A DNA stretch of 42,746 nucleotides from Candidatus Rokuibacteriota bacterium (GCA_044866005.1 JBIOTN010000090.1:1-42746); one strand, 5' to 3'. Positions 16,925-26,319 are shown, counted from the first letter of the stretch. Made by a program: numbers and translations. The notes: generated by a model not told the origin, from the letters alone.

Positions 16925-17764
16925 TCAGGCGCTGGCGTCGGTCGCCGGCGTGCCGTCGTCTTCGCCCCAGATGAGCGCCAGGACGCGCTCGCGGAGCGCC
17001 ACGAACTCGGGGCTCGACTTCACGACGCGCGAGGGCCGCGGCGGCACTTCGCGGCTGAACGCCGCGTCCATCGTCGCGAGGATGCGGCCGGGGCGAGGAG
17101 ACATGACGACGATCGTCGTGGCAAGGTAGACGGCCTCCTCGACCGAGTGGGTGATGAAGAAGACGGTCTTGCGGGTCTGGCGCCAGATCTTGAGGAGCTC
17201 CTCCTGGAGGTGCTCGCGGGTGAGCGCGTCCAGGGCGCCGAACGGCTCGTCCATGAGCAGGATCCGCGGGTCGTTGGCCAGCACGCGCGCGATGGCCACC
17301 CGCTGCTGCATCCCCCCCGACAGCTCGTACGGCGCCCTGTCCCGGAAGCTCCACAGCCGGACCATCCGGAGATAGCGCTCGGCCAGGTCGCGCTGGCGCG
17401 GGGGCGCGAGGTGGCGCATCTTCGGCCCGAACTCGACGTTCTGCCGGACGGTGAGCCAGGGGTAGAGGGCGGGCTGCTGGAAGATCACGCCGCGCTGGTG
17501 GTCGGGGTCGCCGATGGCGGCCCCGTCGAGGCGCGCCTCCCCCGACGTCGGCGCGACGAAGCCGGCGATCATGCGGAGGAGGGTGGTCTTCCCGCACCCC
17601 GAGGGCCCCACCACGCAGAGGAACTCGCCTTCCCGGATCGACAGGCTCACCCCATCCAGGGCGCGAATCACCCCGTCACGCGAGCCGAAGTCCATCGACA
17701 CGTCCCGCATCTCGAGGATCGGCGCCTCAGCCGCCACCCCTGCGGTCACCAGGTCCGCCGTCAT
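16925..17764 (-). CDS. tauB: Taurine/sulfonate ABC transporter ATP-binding protein
   Basis: [52 protein letters not shown] 17764 follows GAGGT. Confidence 0.88.
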   Translation of the reverse strand: MTADLVTAGVAAEAPILEMRDVSMDFGSRDGVIRALDGVSLSIREGEFLCVVGPSGCGKTTLLRMIAGFVAPTSGEARLDGAAIGDPDHQRGVIFQQPALYPWLTVRQNVEFGPKMRHLAPPRQRDLAERYLRMVRLWSFRDRAPYELSGGMQQRVAIARVLANDPRILLMDEPFGALDALTREHLQEELLKIWRQTRKTVFFITHSVEEAVYLATTIVVMSPRPGRILATMDAAFSREVPPRPSRVVKSSPEFVALRERVLALIWGEDDGTPATDASA

Positions 17765-17769
17765 CGTGG

Positions 17770-18786
17770 CTACTTCACCGCCTTCTCGAGGTAGCAGGGA
17801 TTCACCCCCTTCTGGAAGGCGGCGAGGTCCGGCGCCTCCTTGATCCGCTTCTCGGCCTTCAGGAAGTCCGCCGTGTCCTTCAGGGCCTTGGCGAACTGCC
17901 CGCGCCGGGCGCAGGTCCCGAGGTACTTCTCCCCGAGCTGCTCCTTGGCGTTCAGCATGACCATCGTCTTCATCTGCCGTAGCATCTCGGCCTCGGGCAG
18001 GTTGAACTCCTTGGCCTGGAGCTTGGCCGCCTCGCTCGGGTTCTGGCGGTAGTGGTCGACCGCCTTCGACAGGTTCGCCAGATACTTCGACACCACCTGG
18101 GGGTACTTCTCGGCGAAGCCCTTGCGCGCCACCGCCACGTCGGCGGTGATGAAACCCTTGTCGGCGAGCTGCTTGCTCGTCACGAGGAACTCGCCGCCGC
18201 TCTCCTTCATCTTGATGAGGGTGGGCTCCCACACGAACCCGGCGTCGATGTCCCCGCGCTGCCAGGCAGCCAGCATGTCCGGCGGCTGCATGTCGAGGAT
18301 CGTCGCCTTCTTGGGATCGAGCCCGAAGACCTTGAACGCGACCAGGAGGTGATAGTGCGTCGTGGACCCGAAAGGCGCCGCCACTTTCTTGCCCGCCAGG
18401 TCCGAGAACTTCTTGATGTTCCGGTCCTTCCGGACGACGAGCGCCTCGTTCTCGGCGATGACGTCGTAGATCCAGATGACCTCGTACGGCACGCCGGACG
18501 AGAGGCCGGCGGCGGCCGGGCTGCTCCCGACCAGCCCGAGGTCCACGCTGCCGGCGGCGATCGCCGTGTTCACGTCGCGCCCGGAGTCGAACTTCTTCCA
18601 CTCGATCTTGGCCCCCAGCTCCTTCTCGTGCCAGCCGAGCTGCTTGGCGATGATCTCCTCGTTCGGGATGTCCTGGTAGCCGATGACGACCCGGTCCGGC
18701 TTGGCCTGGGCCCCGATCTCGGGAACACCCGACCCCACGAGGGTCACGACCGCCAGCGCCGCGAGTCCGATCCAGGTCCGTCCCAT
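17770..18786 (-). CDS. tauA: Taurine ABC transporter substrate-binding protein
   Basis: RBS GGAGGA + ATG 18786; IEWKKFDSG.DV..AIAAGSVDLGLVGSSP, EALVV, APFGSTTHYHLL, AAWQRGDIDA are TauA-like. Confidence 0.85.
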   Translation of the reverse strand: MGRTWIGLAALAVVTLVGSGVPEIGAQAKPDRVVIGYQDIPNEEIIAKQLGWHEKELGAKIEWKKFDSGRDVNTAIAAGSVDLGLVGSSPAAAGLSSGVPYEVIWIYDVIAENEALVVRKDRNIKKFSDLAGKKVAAPFGSTTHYHLLVAFKVFGLDPKKATILDMQPPDMLAAWQRGDIDAGFVWEPTLIKMKESGGEFLVTSKQLADKGFITADVAVARKGFAEKYPQVVSKYLANLSKAVDHYRQNPSEAAKLQAKEFNLPEAEMLRQMKTMVMLNAKEQLGEKYLGTCARRGQFAKALKDTADFLKAEKRIKEAPDLAAFQKGVNPCYLEKAVK

Positions 18787-18800
18787 GTTGTCCTCCCTTG

Positions 18801-19664
18801 TCAGGCTTTGCCCTTCCACGGCACCACCCGGCGCTCCGCCATGCGGATCAAGCGGTCGAGGGCGATGCCGGTGAGCCCCATGACGATGTTGCCGACGAAG
18901 ATCACGTCCGACCGGAGAAACTTGGAGGCGTCCAGGACCATCCACCCGACCCCCGACGTGGCCGCCACCATCTCGGCCGCGACCAGCGTCGTGTAGGTGA
19001 AGGCGATCGACACCCGCATCCCGGTGAAGATGTCCGGCAGGCACGAGGGGAAGATGACGTAACGGAAGACCTGCCACCGCGACGCGCCGAGGGACCGCGC
19101 CCCCTGGATCCGCTCCTCGCTCACCGTCCGCACGCCTTGCATCGCGCTCACCGACAGCGGCGGGAAGGCGGCGAGGTAGAGGAGCGCGATCTTGGAGGCG
19201 TTCTCGATGCCGAGCCAGATGACGAGCAGCGTGTAGTAGGCGAGCGGGGGCAACGGCCGGTAGAACTCGATGAGCGGGTCGAAGATCGCCTGGACGCGCC
19301 GGGAGTAGCCGATGGCGAGCCCGAGCGGGACCGCCGTCACGACCCCGAGCAGGAACCCGGCCACCACCCGATAGAGGCTGTCGGCCAGGTGGGTCAGCAG
19401 CGTGTGACCGCGGTAGCCCTCCAGGACGATCTCGACGAAGGCCTCCCACACCGACAGGGGATGGGGGACGAACAGCTCGGAGACGACGCGGAACCGGGCG
19501 ATCCCGTACCAGGCCAGGAAGATCGAGGCCAGCGTGGCGGCCGTGAGGAGCGGCTCCGGGCGGACGCCCAGCAGCCACGGGCGGCGCGTCCCCGCCCGGG
19601 CGCCCACCGGGGTCGTGGTGGTCGCCGGCGGAGGAGCGGCGGCGACGGCCGACCGGTCAGCCAT
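18801..19664 (-). CDS. tauC: Taurine ABC transporter permease
   Basis: DPLIEFYRPLPPLAY..LLVIWLGI, LVAAEMVAA; GAGGA before ATG 19664 (alternative start 19739). Confidence 0.87.
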   Translation of the reverse strand: MADRSAVAAAPPPATTTTPVGARAGTRRPWLLGVRPEPLLTAATLASIFLAWYGIARFRVVSELFVPHPLSVWEAFVEIVLEGYRGHTLLTHLADSLYRVVAGFLLGVVTAVPLGLAIGYSRRVQAIFDPLIEFYRPLPPLAYYTLLVIWLGIENASKIALLYLAAFPPLSVSAMQGVRTVSEERIQGARSLGASRWQVFRYVIFPSCLPDIFTGMRVSIAFTYTTLVAAEMVAATSGVGWMVLDASKFLRSDVIFVGNIVMGLTGIALDRLIRMAERRVVPWKGKA

Positions 19665-19785
19665 TCCGTCCTCACCGGGCCCGGCCCGGTCGGCGACCTC
19701 GCGCGCGTTCACGGCGGGGACATCCACGGGAGTCCCCATGCCACCACGGAAGAACCTCGAGCGTCAAGCGGGAATCAAGCCATCG

Positions 19786-20892
19786 CTAGTCCAGCCAGTC
19801 TCGCTCCTTGAGCTTCCTGGGAAGATACGTCTTGGTCAGGTAGCGGAAGTCCTTGTTGGCGAGGGCGTCGAGCTCGTACTTGAGACCGGTCGCGAGCATC
19901 CGCTTGATCTCGTCCTGCCAGCCCTTCTTCTGGAACCAGCGATACTTGATCAACTCCTTGGCCCGGCTGACGTCCTTGACGTTGAGCTTGATGCCGACGT
20001 TGCGGGGGAGGCCATACCGGTCGGGATCGGCGCTGGAGAGGCCGAGGAACTTGGCCTTGGGAATGGCCATCCGGCCGCTCTCGAACGCGAGATTGATGGA
20101 GCCCTGCTTGACGACCGAGTAGATGTAGTAGCCCCACGGGTCGTTGTCGACGAGGACGTACACCGGCAGCGCGTATTCCTCGTGCAGGCGGCGCGCCAGA
20201 CGCCGAACGCCGCGCGGCGGCTGGCCGTTGCCGGTCAGGAGGACGCAGTTGTACCGACGCCAGAACTTGTCCTCGGAGAGACGGTTCCACTGAGTGCCCT
20301 TCTCGACGAGCAGCACGAAGTCCGCCGTGCACCGCCGGATCTCGAGGTATTCGGGCTCGACGATGGAGGGCACGGAGTAGCCGCCTTTGCCCAGACGGGC
20401 GCAGTCCACCCGGTCGCCGTCGTCGCCGAGTACGAGGGGGCCCACGACGCTGCCGGCGTTCTCGGCGCGCACGTGGAGCTCCTCGCGCAACGCCGCCAGC
20501 GCGACCTCGAGGTCCTCGATCAGCGGGTCGGACTCGTTCTGGCCGTCGAAGGTGTTCTCGTGCGAGCCCTTCATCGTGTGCTTGGTGCGGTAGTAGATCT
20601 CGCGCAGCGACGTCGTGAGGTCCGCCCGCTGCAGCTCGGCCAGGGCGTCGGCCACCAGCACCGTCTGCATGAACTTCTTCGCCATCGCCACGTTGAAGAA
20701 CGAGCGTGCCTGCTTGCGCGTGCCCATCTCGATGATGCCGCGCTTCTCGTTGAAGCTGACGTTGGCGAGGCTGCGCACGGGGATGGACAGCGTCGGGTCT
20801 CGGCGCCGCTCGGCGGCCGTGATCACGGCCGTGGCCACGCCGACGAGCTTCTTCTCGACCACTGCGGGCGTCTTCGGCTTTGCTCGCGCCAT
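19786..20892 (-). CDS. top6A: DNA topoisomerase VI subunit A (Spo11-like)
   Basis: ATG 20892 MARAKPK; catalytic Tyr in SLREIYY; TOPRIM LVEKG and DNDPWG; C-terminal KYELDAL. Confidence 0.93.
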   Translation of the reverse strand: MARAKPKTPAVVEKKLVGVATAVITAAERRRDPTLSIPVRSLANVSFNEKRGIIEMGTRKQARSFFNVAMAKKFMQTVLVADALAELQRADLTTSLREIYYRTKHTMKGSHENTFDGQNESDPLIEDLEVALAALREELHVRAENAGSVVGPLVLGDDGDRVDCARLGKGGYSVPSIVEPEYLEIRRCTADFVLLVEKGTQWNRLSEDKFWRRYNCVLLTGNGQPPRGVRRLARRLHEEYALPVYVLVDNDPWGYYIYSVVKQGSINLAFESGRMAIPKAKFLGLSSADPDRYGLPRNVGIKLNVKDVSRAKELIKYRWFQKKGWQDEIKRMLATGLKYELDALANKDFRYLTKTYLPRKLKERDWLD

Positions 20893-20900
20893 GCGTGCCT

Positions 20901-22826
20901 CTATCGCCTCCCGCGCTTCGCCGCCGTGATCGGCCTCCTGGCCGCTCGTGCCGACCGGGCCCGGCGCTTCCGCGGCGGCGCCGCGGCCGGCAGGTCCGCC
21001 GCGGGCGGCGGCCCGGCCGGCGGCGCCACGTCGGCGGTCGGCAGGCCCGGCGCCGCCCCTTCCGGCCCGTCCGGGGTGACGACGATCGAGTGGGGGAGAC
21101 CTTCCGGGCCGCCCGCGTCGTGGCCCAGGATCTCGGCCGTCCGGGCCCCGCCGGTCCGCTTCGCGGCCAGCGTCAGGAGCTGGGTCCTGAGCTTCTCCTT
21201 GGCCAGCTTGCCGCCCTTCAGACGGGCGCAGGCCTCCACGACCTCCTCGATGTACAGCTCGAAGATGTTGCGCCGGTGGAAGTCGCTCCGGGCGCGCTCG
21301 CGCCGCCGGAGGAACACGCCGAGTCGGCGGCCGCATTCCTGCAGCCCGAGCTTGATCTCCTTCCGGATCTCGTCGTAGTCGGCGATCGCTTCCTTGGACT
21401 CGCTCGTGAACGGCACCCACACCGAGGCCATGTGCACGAAGACGACCAGGGGGCCGGCCGGCAGCGCGCCCCGGGACTGGGTCACGCCGTAAGTCCGCCA
21501 GGCGGTGTCGAGCACGGCCTTGAAGGTCGCGCAGGCCGACTGCTGGTAGAGCAGCGGGACCCGGTTGGCGTAGCGGATGACGCGCGCCAGCTCGCCGTCG
21601 TCCTCCGGGTGCTCGCCCTCGGCGAGCGGGGCGGCGGGCGCGTCGGGGGCTGCCGTCCGGGCCGGCCCTGTGCCGTAGGCCAGTCCCGCCTCGATGATGA
21701 ACGGATTGCCGCGGTACACCGCCGGCGGCCGGGTCACCGCCGTGTAGAAGTCGCCCTTGATCTGCTTGTAGAGGCCGTGGAGGATCGCCGTCTCGCCGAT
21801 GGGCGAGATGCAGCTCGACGGCGGCGCCATGATCCTGGTCGACTGGATCGCCTTGTAGAGGGCCTCGACGTCCGCGCCGTGGATGTTGCGCGGCCGCGCG
21901 TTGGCCGAGAGCCTGGCCGTCCGGCAGATCTCCTGGGCGAGCGCGGGGGAGACGCGGCTGAAGTCGCCGGCGAGGAACCCCGCCAGCGAGTGGCTCTTGG
22001 TGTCGTGCAGCATCCGGAGCAGCATGCCGAACTCGATGCCGTACGGATGCGGCTTGATCTCGCGCGGCTGGGTCGGCAGCTCGTGGATCGTCCGCGGATA
22101 CTTCCGCGTGTCCCCCTCCGGCGCGGCGTAGACGAGGTCCACGTGCGGATTGGCGATGGCGGTCTGCTCGAGGTACTCGTCCACCGAGGCGCGACCCTTC
22201 TGGTAGCGACCCTCGATCTCGAGCGTCACCTGGGTGCCGCGCGGGTGGTCCCAGGCGATCTTCTTGCTCTCGAAGATCCTCGGCTCGTTCTTCTTGGTAT
22301 CGATCGAGACCTCGAAGTAGTGGGCCGCCGCCCTCGGGCTGGTGCGCGAGATGATCTGCACCGCCTTGCCGGTCGTCAGCTGGGCGTACATGCCGGCGGC
22401 GGAGATGCCGATTCCCTGCTGGCCGCGGCTCATGCGGAGGCGATGGAACTTCGAGCCGTAGAGCAGCTTGGCGAAGATGGGCGGAATCTGCGGGCGCACG
22501 ATCCCGGGCCCGTTGTCGAGGACCGTGACGCGGAAGCGGGTCGCCTGGCTGGCCGGCGGCGGCGCCGCGCCGTTGCTCGACACGACCGCCACCGTGACGA
22601 CGACGTCGGGCAGGATGCCGGCCTCCTCCGCTGCGTCGAGCGCGTTGTCCACGGCCTCCTTGACGCAGGTGAGGAGCGCCTTTCTGGGGTTGTCGAAGCC
22701 GAGCAGGTGGCGGTTCTTGGTGAAGAACTCGGAAACCGAGATCGCCCGCTGCCGAGCGCCCATCTCGATGGCGGATAGGGCGATTCTCGGCGCGGGCTTG
22801 GTCCCCTTGGCCGGGGCGCTGACCAT
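20901..22826 (-). CDS. top6B: DNA topoisomerase VI subunit B (GHKL ATPase)
   Basis: ISVSEFF.KN..LLGFDN, KEAVDNALDA, DNGPGI, SRGQQGIGIS, EIKPHPYG, RYANRVPLLY, WRTYG, PFTSESKEAI; ATG 22826 follows AGGAAGG. Confidence 0.95.
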   Translation of the reverse strand: MVSAPAKGTKPAPRIALSAIEMGARQRAISVSEFFTKNRHLLGFDNPRKALLTCVKEAVDNALDAAEEAGILPDVVVTVAVVSSNGAAPPPASQATRFRVTVLDNGPGIVRPQIPPIFAKLLYGSKFHRLRMSRGQQGIGISAAGMYAQLTTGKAVQIISRTSPRAAAHYFEVSIDTKKNEPRIFESKKIAWDHPRGTQVTLEIEGRYQKGRASVDEYLEQTAIANPHVDLVYAAPEGDTRKYPRTIHELPTQPREIKPHPYGIEFGMLLRMLHDTKSHSLAGFLAGDFSRVSPALAQEICRTARLSANARPRNIHGADVEALYKAIQSTRIMAPPSSCISPIGETAILHGLYKQIKGDFYTAVTRPPAVYRGNPFIIEAGLAYGTGPARTAAPDAPAAPLAEGEHPEDDGELARVIRYANRVPLLYQQSACATFKAVLDTAWRTYGVTQSRGALPAGPLVVFVHMASVWVPFTSESKEAIADYDEIRKEIKLGLQECGRRLGVFLRRRERARSDFHRRNIFELYIEEVVEACARLKGGKLAKEKLRTQLLTLAAKRTGGARTAEILGHDAGGPEGLPHSIVVTPDGPEGAAPGLPTADVAPPAGPPPAADLPAAAPPRKRRARSARAARRPITAAKRGRR

Positions 22827-22864
22827 TGCCTTCCTTGATATCAGACCCACGCTCGCGGGCGCTC

Positions 22865-22970
22865 ATTTTACCCTCATCGCCGCCGGCGCGTCGACGGCGC
22901 GCGAGGCGCCTCTCGCGCGGCGACCGTGGTCGGGAGCGCCTTTCGGTTCGCCGGGGGCTGGCGGTACAAT
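22865..22970. promoter_or_regulatory. Divergent -10 elements: TAAAAT (minus, 22865-22870) and TACAAT (plus, 22965-22970)
   Basis: Two near-consensus AT-rich hexamers in a very GC-rich intergenic region, each facing its gene. Confidence 0.5.
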
Positions 22971-23026
22971 CGCGACCGGCGGTGGTCTTCTCGGCCAACT
23001 CGCGGAAAATCCGAAGGGGGGATTCC

Positions 23027-23353
23027 ATGCCCATGCCCAGAACCAACGCCCGCAGCCTGGTGAAGACCTTCCAGAGCCTCGTGGCAGAGGTGACCGTCAG
23101 GGAGCGGAAGCTCGTCACGGCGCTCGACAGGGCGCTCGGCAAGCTCGGGTATCAGGTCGTCGGGGCCTATCAGCTGGCGCGAGGCGGGGAGGTGCGCCGG
23201 CGGCGGCGACCCGGACGCCGCGGACGGAAGGCCGTGAGTGGAGGGGCGCGCCGCACCACGCCTGGCGGGACGAAGGCGCACCGGCCGAAACGGCGGGAAC
23301 AGCCCACCCGCGGGAAGGGGGCGCGGCGCAAGGGGAGGCGAACGGCCCGCTGA
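23027..23353 (+). CDS. Small highly basic hypothetical protein (helical N-terminus, Arg/Lys-rich tail)
   Basis: G-rich RBS + ATG 23027; SLVKTFQSLVAEVTVRERKLVTALDRALGKLGYQVV followed by RRRRRPGRRGRK...; upstream -10 TACAAT. Confidence 0.65.
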   Translation: MPMPRTNARSLVKTFQSLVAEVTVRERKLVTALDRALGKLGYQVVGAYQLARGGEVRRRRRPGRRGRKAVSGGARRTTPGGTKAHRPKRREQPTRGKGARRKGRRTAR

Positions 23354-23363
23354 GCGGCCTTTC

Positions 23364-24233
23364 ATGAAGGTCTGTTTGATCGAGGTGCCCTACATGGCGG
23401 GTGACGAGGGTCACGCCGGGAGCAAGGGCCCGGAGCGCTACGTGCAGGCCGGGGCCGAACGACTGCTGGCGACCCAGGGGTTTGTCGTGGCGGTGCAGCG
23501 GGTCGAGCGTCGCGAGGCGTATCGCGATACCCCGACGGCGTCGCTCGCGGTCGGCAAACCCCTCGGGCTGGCGGTGCGGCAGGCCATGACGGCGGGGCAG
23601 CTGCCCCTCGTGCTGGCCGGATCGTGCGACGTCGCGTGGGGCGTGCTCTCGGGGTTCGAGCACGCGCGCTGCGGTGTCGTCTGGGTCGATGCGCACGGTG
23701 ATTTCAATACGCCCGAAACCACGCTCAGCGGGTTCTTTCCCGGTATGGCCCTGGCCGTGGTCGTCGGAGACTGCTACCGGGATCTGTGGGCGCAGATGGA
23801 CCATAGCGAGCCCATCCCGGCGTCAGCGACGCTCATGCTCGGCGTTCGTGAGCTGGACCCTGCGGAGCGTGAGCGCCTCGAACGCTCTGCCATCCGGGTG
23901 GTGGGCTGGCGCGAGGGCAGGCCGCAGTCCGACGTGCTGGCGTCGCTCGATGAGTTGGCGACGCGCGTGGAGGAGGTGTACCTGCACGTGGACATGGATG
24001 GCATGGATCCGCAGATCGCGCCGGGCATCGTGGACCCTCCGGTGCCGGGCGGCCTCTCGCTGCAGGACATCGAGGAGCTCACTCGCGCGGTGGCGGCCCG
24101 CTTCCGCGTGAGAGCCGCAACGCTGGCCAACCACGATCCCGAGCGCGACCGTGATGACACGACGTTGCGGACCGGGCTGCGGATCATCGAGCTGCTCGCC
24201 GGGTGCGCAGGCGCCGGACAATGGGCGGTTTGA
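23364..24233 (+). CDS. Arginase family protein
   Basis: ATG 23364; PLVLAGSC, VVWVDAHGDFNTPET, GMAL, YLHVDMDGMDP, PGGLS. Confidence 0.9.
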   Translation: MKVCLIEVPYMAGDEGHAGSKGPERYVQAGAERLLATQGFVVAVQRVERREAYRDTPTASLAVGKPLGLAVRQAMTAGQLPLVLAGSCDVAWGVLSGFEHARCGVVWVDAHGDFNTPETTLSGFFPGMALAVVVGDCYRDLWAQMDHSEPIPASATLMLGVRELDPAERERLERSAIRVVGWREGRPQSDVLASLDELATRVEEVYLHVDMDGMDPQIAPGIVDPPVPGGLSLQDIEELTRAVAARFRVRAATLANHDPERDRDDTTLRTGLRIIELLAGCAGAGQWAV

Positions 24234-24417
24234 CGACCGCCGTCGGGCTGCCAACGTGGCAGTGCCCTCTGACGATGCGACCATCACGGGGACGACATCG
24301 GGCCGTATCATCGTGACGATCTGCCCGAGTCGCCTTGTCGTCGGAGACGAAACAGCGAGGGTTCGGCTCTTCGACGCGTCAGGCAACGGGTCCAACGAAA
24401 GCGATGTGGAGCTCTGA
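24230..24417 (+). pseudogene. Possible orphan C-terminal fragment of an Ig-like/exported protein
   Basis: Beta-rich reading ...ITGTTSGRIIVTIC...ARVRLFDASGNGSNESDVEL* with no convincing start or RBS. Confidence 0.3.
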
Positions 24418-24523
24418 TGCGCGGGCGGGTCCGACTGATCGGCTCGGCGCCTGCCGCGGCAGCGGCGAGCGGTCGGCAGGCCAGGACGGCGGTCATCGGA
24501 GGAGCTAGAATGGTCTGCACATC

Positions 24524-25534
24524 GTGACGCAGGCGAGCGAGCAGTCCCGAGGGCCTGATTCCGATCGCGCCGGCGCCGAGCCGCATCCGACGGCCGAGGC
24601 GGGCCCGGCGGGACCGCCCGCCGACCTCCCCACGACGGCGCCCGAACCCGCGTTCGCGGCGCGGCGCCCGCCGCCCGGACCGCCGCCGCCTCCGCCCCCG
24701 CCGGCGCCCCGCCGCGTGGTCTTCCTCGACATCGAGAACACGGCGCGCCCCGAGCACATGGCGCGCGTCATCGAGTACCTGGTGCCCGGCAGAATCGGTC
24801 CGGAGATCCAGCTCGTCGCGGTGGGGAACTGGCGCGTCATCGGGCAGGAGATGGGGCGCTTGCTCGCGGCGCGCGGGGCCCAGCTGGTCCACAGCGCCCC
24901 GTCCGTCGGAGTCCGCGATTGGACCGACCTCCGCATCGCCGTCAGCGCCGGCGTGTGGCTCGCGACCGCGCGCGCCGGCGACGTCCTCGAGGTCGTCTCC
25001 GACGATCGCGCCTTCGACGCCGTGGGCGACGTCGCCGCCGCCCTCGGCATCGGCTTCCGGCGCCTCTCCTACCGGACCCTCGTCCCGGCCCCGACCGAGC
25101 CGGCGGCCCCGGCGACGCCGCCCGAGCCTCCGTCGCGGCGCCGTGGCCGGCGCAGCCCTCAGCGGGAAGCCGCGCCCGCTGCGTCCGCCCCGGCCACGGC
25201 GCCGGTGACCGGGCACACCGCGCCGCACGACGAGCTCGTGGACGTCGTGCGCGGGCTGGCCGGGGCCCCGGGCCAGTCGGTTCTCCTCGACACGCTCGCG
25301 CGCGAGCTGAAGGCGCGGGGGTACAGCCGGACGCCGGGCTCGCCGCGCCTCATCACGCGGCTCCGCCGGATCAAAGAGGTGTCGGTCAGTCGCAACGGCC
25401 TGGTGACGCTCGTCGCGCCGGGACCCGCGCCGACGCCCGAGGCGGCGCCGGTCGCACCGGGGCGCCGCCGGCGCTCCTCGCGACGCGGCCGCCGGCGCCG
25501 GCCGCGCAGGCCCGCGAGCGGCTCGGACGGCTGA
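24524..25534 (+). CDS. NYN (LabA/DUF88, PIN-like) domain protein with a C-terminal OST-HTH/LOTUS-like domain
   Basis: VVFLDIEN ... TDLRIAV ... VVSDDRAF acidic NYN pattern; C-terminal VLLDTLARELKARGY...RLITRLRRIKEV; Pro-rich linkers. Confidence 0.72.
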   Translation: MTQASEQSRGPDSDRAGAEPHPTAEAGPAGPPADLPTTAPEPAFAARRPPPGPPPPPPPPAPRRVVFLDIENTARPEHMARVIEYLVPGRIGPEIQLVAVGNWRVIGQEMGRLLAARGAQLVHSAPSVGVRDWTDLRIAVSAGVWLATARAGDVLEVVSDDRAFDAVGDVAAALGIGFRRLSYRTLVPAPTEPAAPATPPEPPSRRRGRRSPQREAAPAASAPATAPVTGHTAPHDELVDVVRGLAGAPGQSVLLDTLARELKARGYSRTPGSPRLITRLRRIKEVSVSRNGLVTLVAPGPAPTPEAAPVAPGRRRRSSRRGRRRRPRRPASGSDG

Positions 25535-25566
25535 GTGACGGCTCTGGCCCGGAGGAGCGACCCCCC

Positions 25567-26211
25567 GTGATCGTGCTGCCCGAGTGGTCGAGCCTCGGCA
25601 TCTTCCTGGCCGCGGCGCTCGTGCTCCTGCTCACCCCCGGGCCGGCCGTCCTCTACATCGTGGCCCGGAGCATCGACCAGGGACGGCGGGCCGGGCTGGT
25701 CTCGATGCTCGGCGTGCACGTCGGCACGCTCGCCCACGTGGCGGCGGCGGCGGCCGGGCTCTCCGCCCTGCTGGCAGCCTCCGCCACCGCGTTCGGCGTG
25801 GTGAAGTACCTGGGCGCGGCCTACCTGATCTATCTGGGCGTCCGGCGGCTGCTCGACCGGGCCGTGGCGACCGCCCCGGGCGATCGCCGGGTCCGCCCGC
25901 TGCGGCGGGCCTTCGTCGACGGCGTCGTCGTGAACGTCCTGAACCCGAAGACGGCGCTCTTTTTCCTCGCGTTCCTGCCCCAGTTCGTCGACGTGTCGCG
26001 CGGCCGCGTCGGCGCCCAGATCCTCTGCCTCGGTCTCTCGTTCGTCCTGCTCGGCACCGTCACCGATGGGCTCTACGCGGTGAGCGCCGGGTGGGCCGCG
26101 CAGTGGCTCCGTGGCAATCCGCGCTTCCTGGCGAGCGAGCGCTGGATCTCCGGGAGCATGTACGTGGGACTGGGCGTGGTGGCTGCCCTGTCCAGCGGCA
26201 ATCGGAAGTAG
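25567..26211 (+). CDS. LysE/RhtB family translocator
   Basis: LLLTPGPAVLYIVARS..QGRRAG, KYLGAAYLIYLG, VNVLNPKTALFFLAFLPQFV. Confidence 0.94.
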   Translation: MIVLPEWSSLGIFLAAALVLLLTPGPAVLYIVARSIDQGRRAGLVSMLGVHVGTLAHVAAAAAGLSALLAASATAFGVVKYLGAAYLIYLGVRRLLDRAVATAPGDRRVRPLRRAFVDGVVVNVLNPKTALFFLAFLPQFVDVSRGRVGAQILCLGLSFVLLGTVTDGLYAVSAGWAAQWLRGNPRFLASERWISGSMYVGLGVVAALSSGNRK

Positions 26212-26256
26212 CGGCCCCCTCGCCCCGACGGACCCGACGACCGGAAGCGTCGGCCT

Positions 26257-26299
26257 ACCCGTTCGGGTGATGCGCGTCGCTTGACCCGGGGCGTATCGT
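26257..26299 (+). promoter_or_regulatory. Inverted repeat ACCCG-TT-CGGGT plus -10 (TATCGT): putative LuxR/NarL-activated promoter
   Basis: Inverted repeat at 26257-26268, centred ~31 bp upstream of the start of TATCGT (26294), ahead of the protease-protease-LuxR operon. Confidence 0.5.
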
Positions 26300-26319
26300 G
26301 GCTCCCAGGAGGAGGAGCC

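Noticed and set aside
19786..23142. 1118-aa ORF as a giant Top6A fusion
   Set aside because: The first ~750 aa are Arg/Pro/Gly-rich off-frame translation overlapping top6B; real homology starts at ATG 20892.
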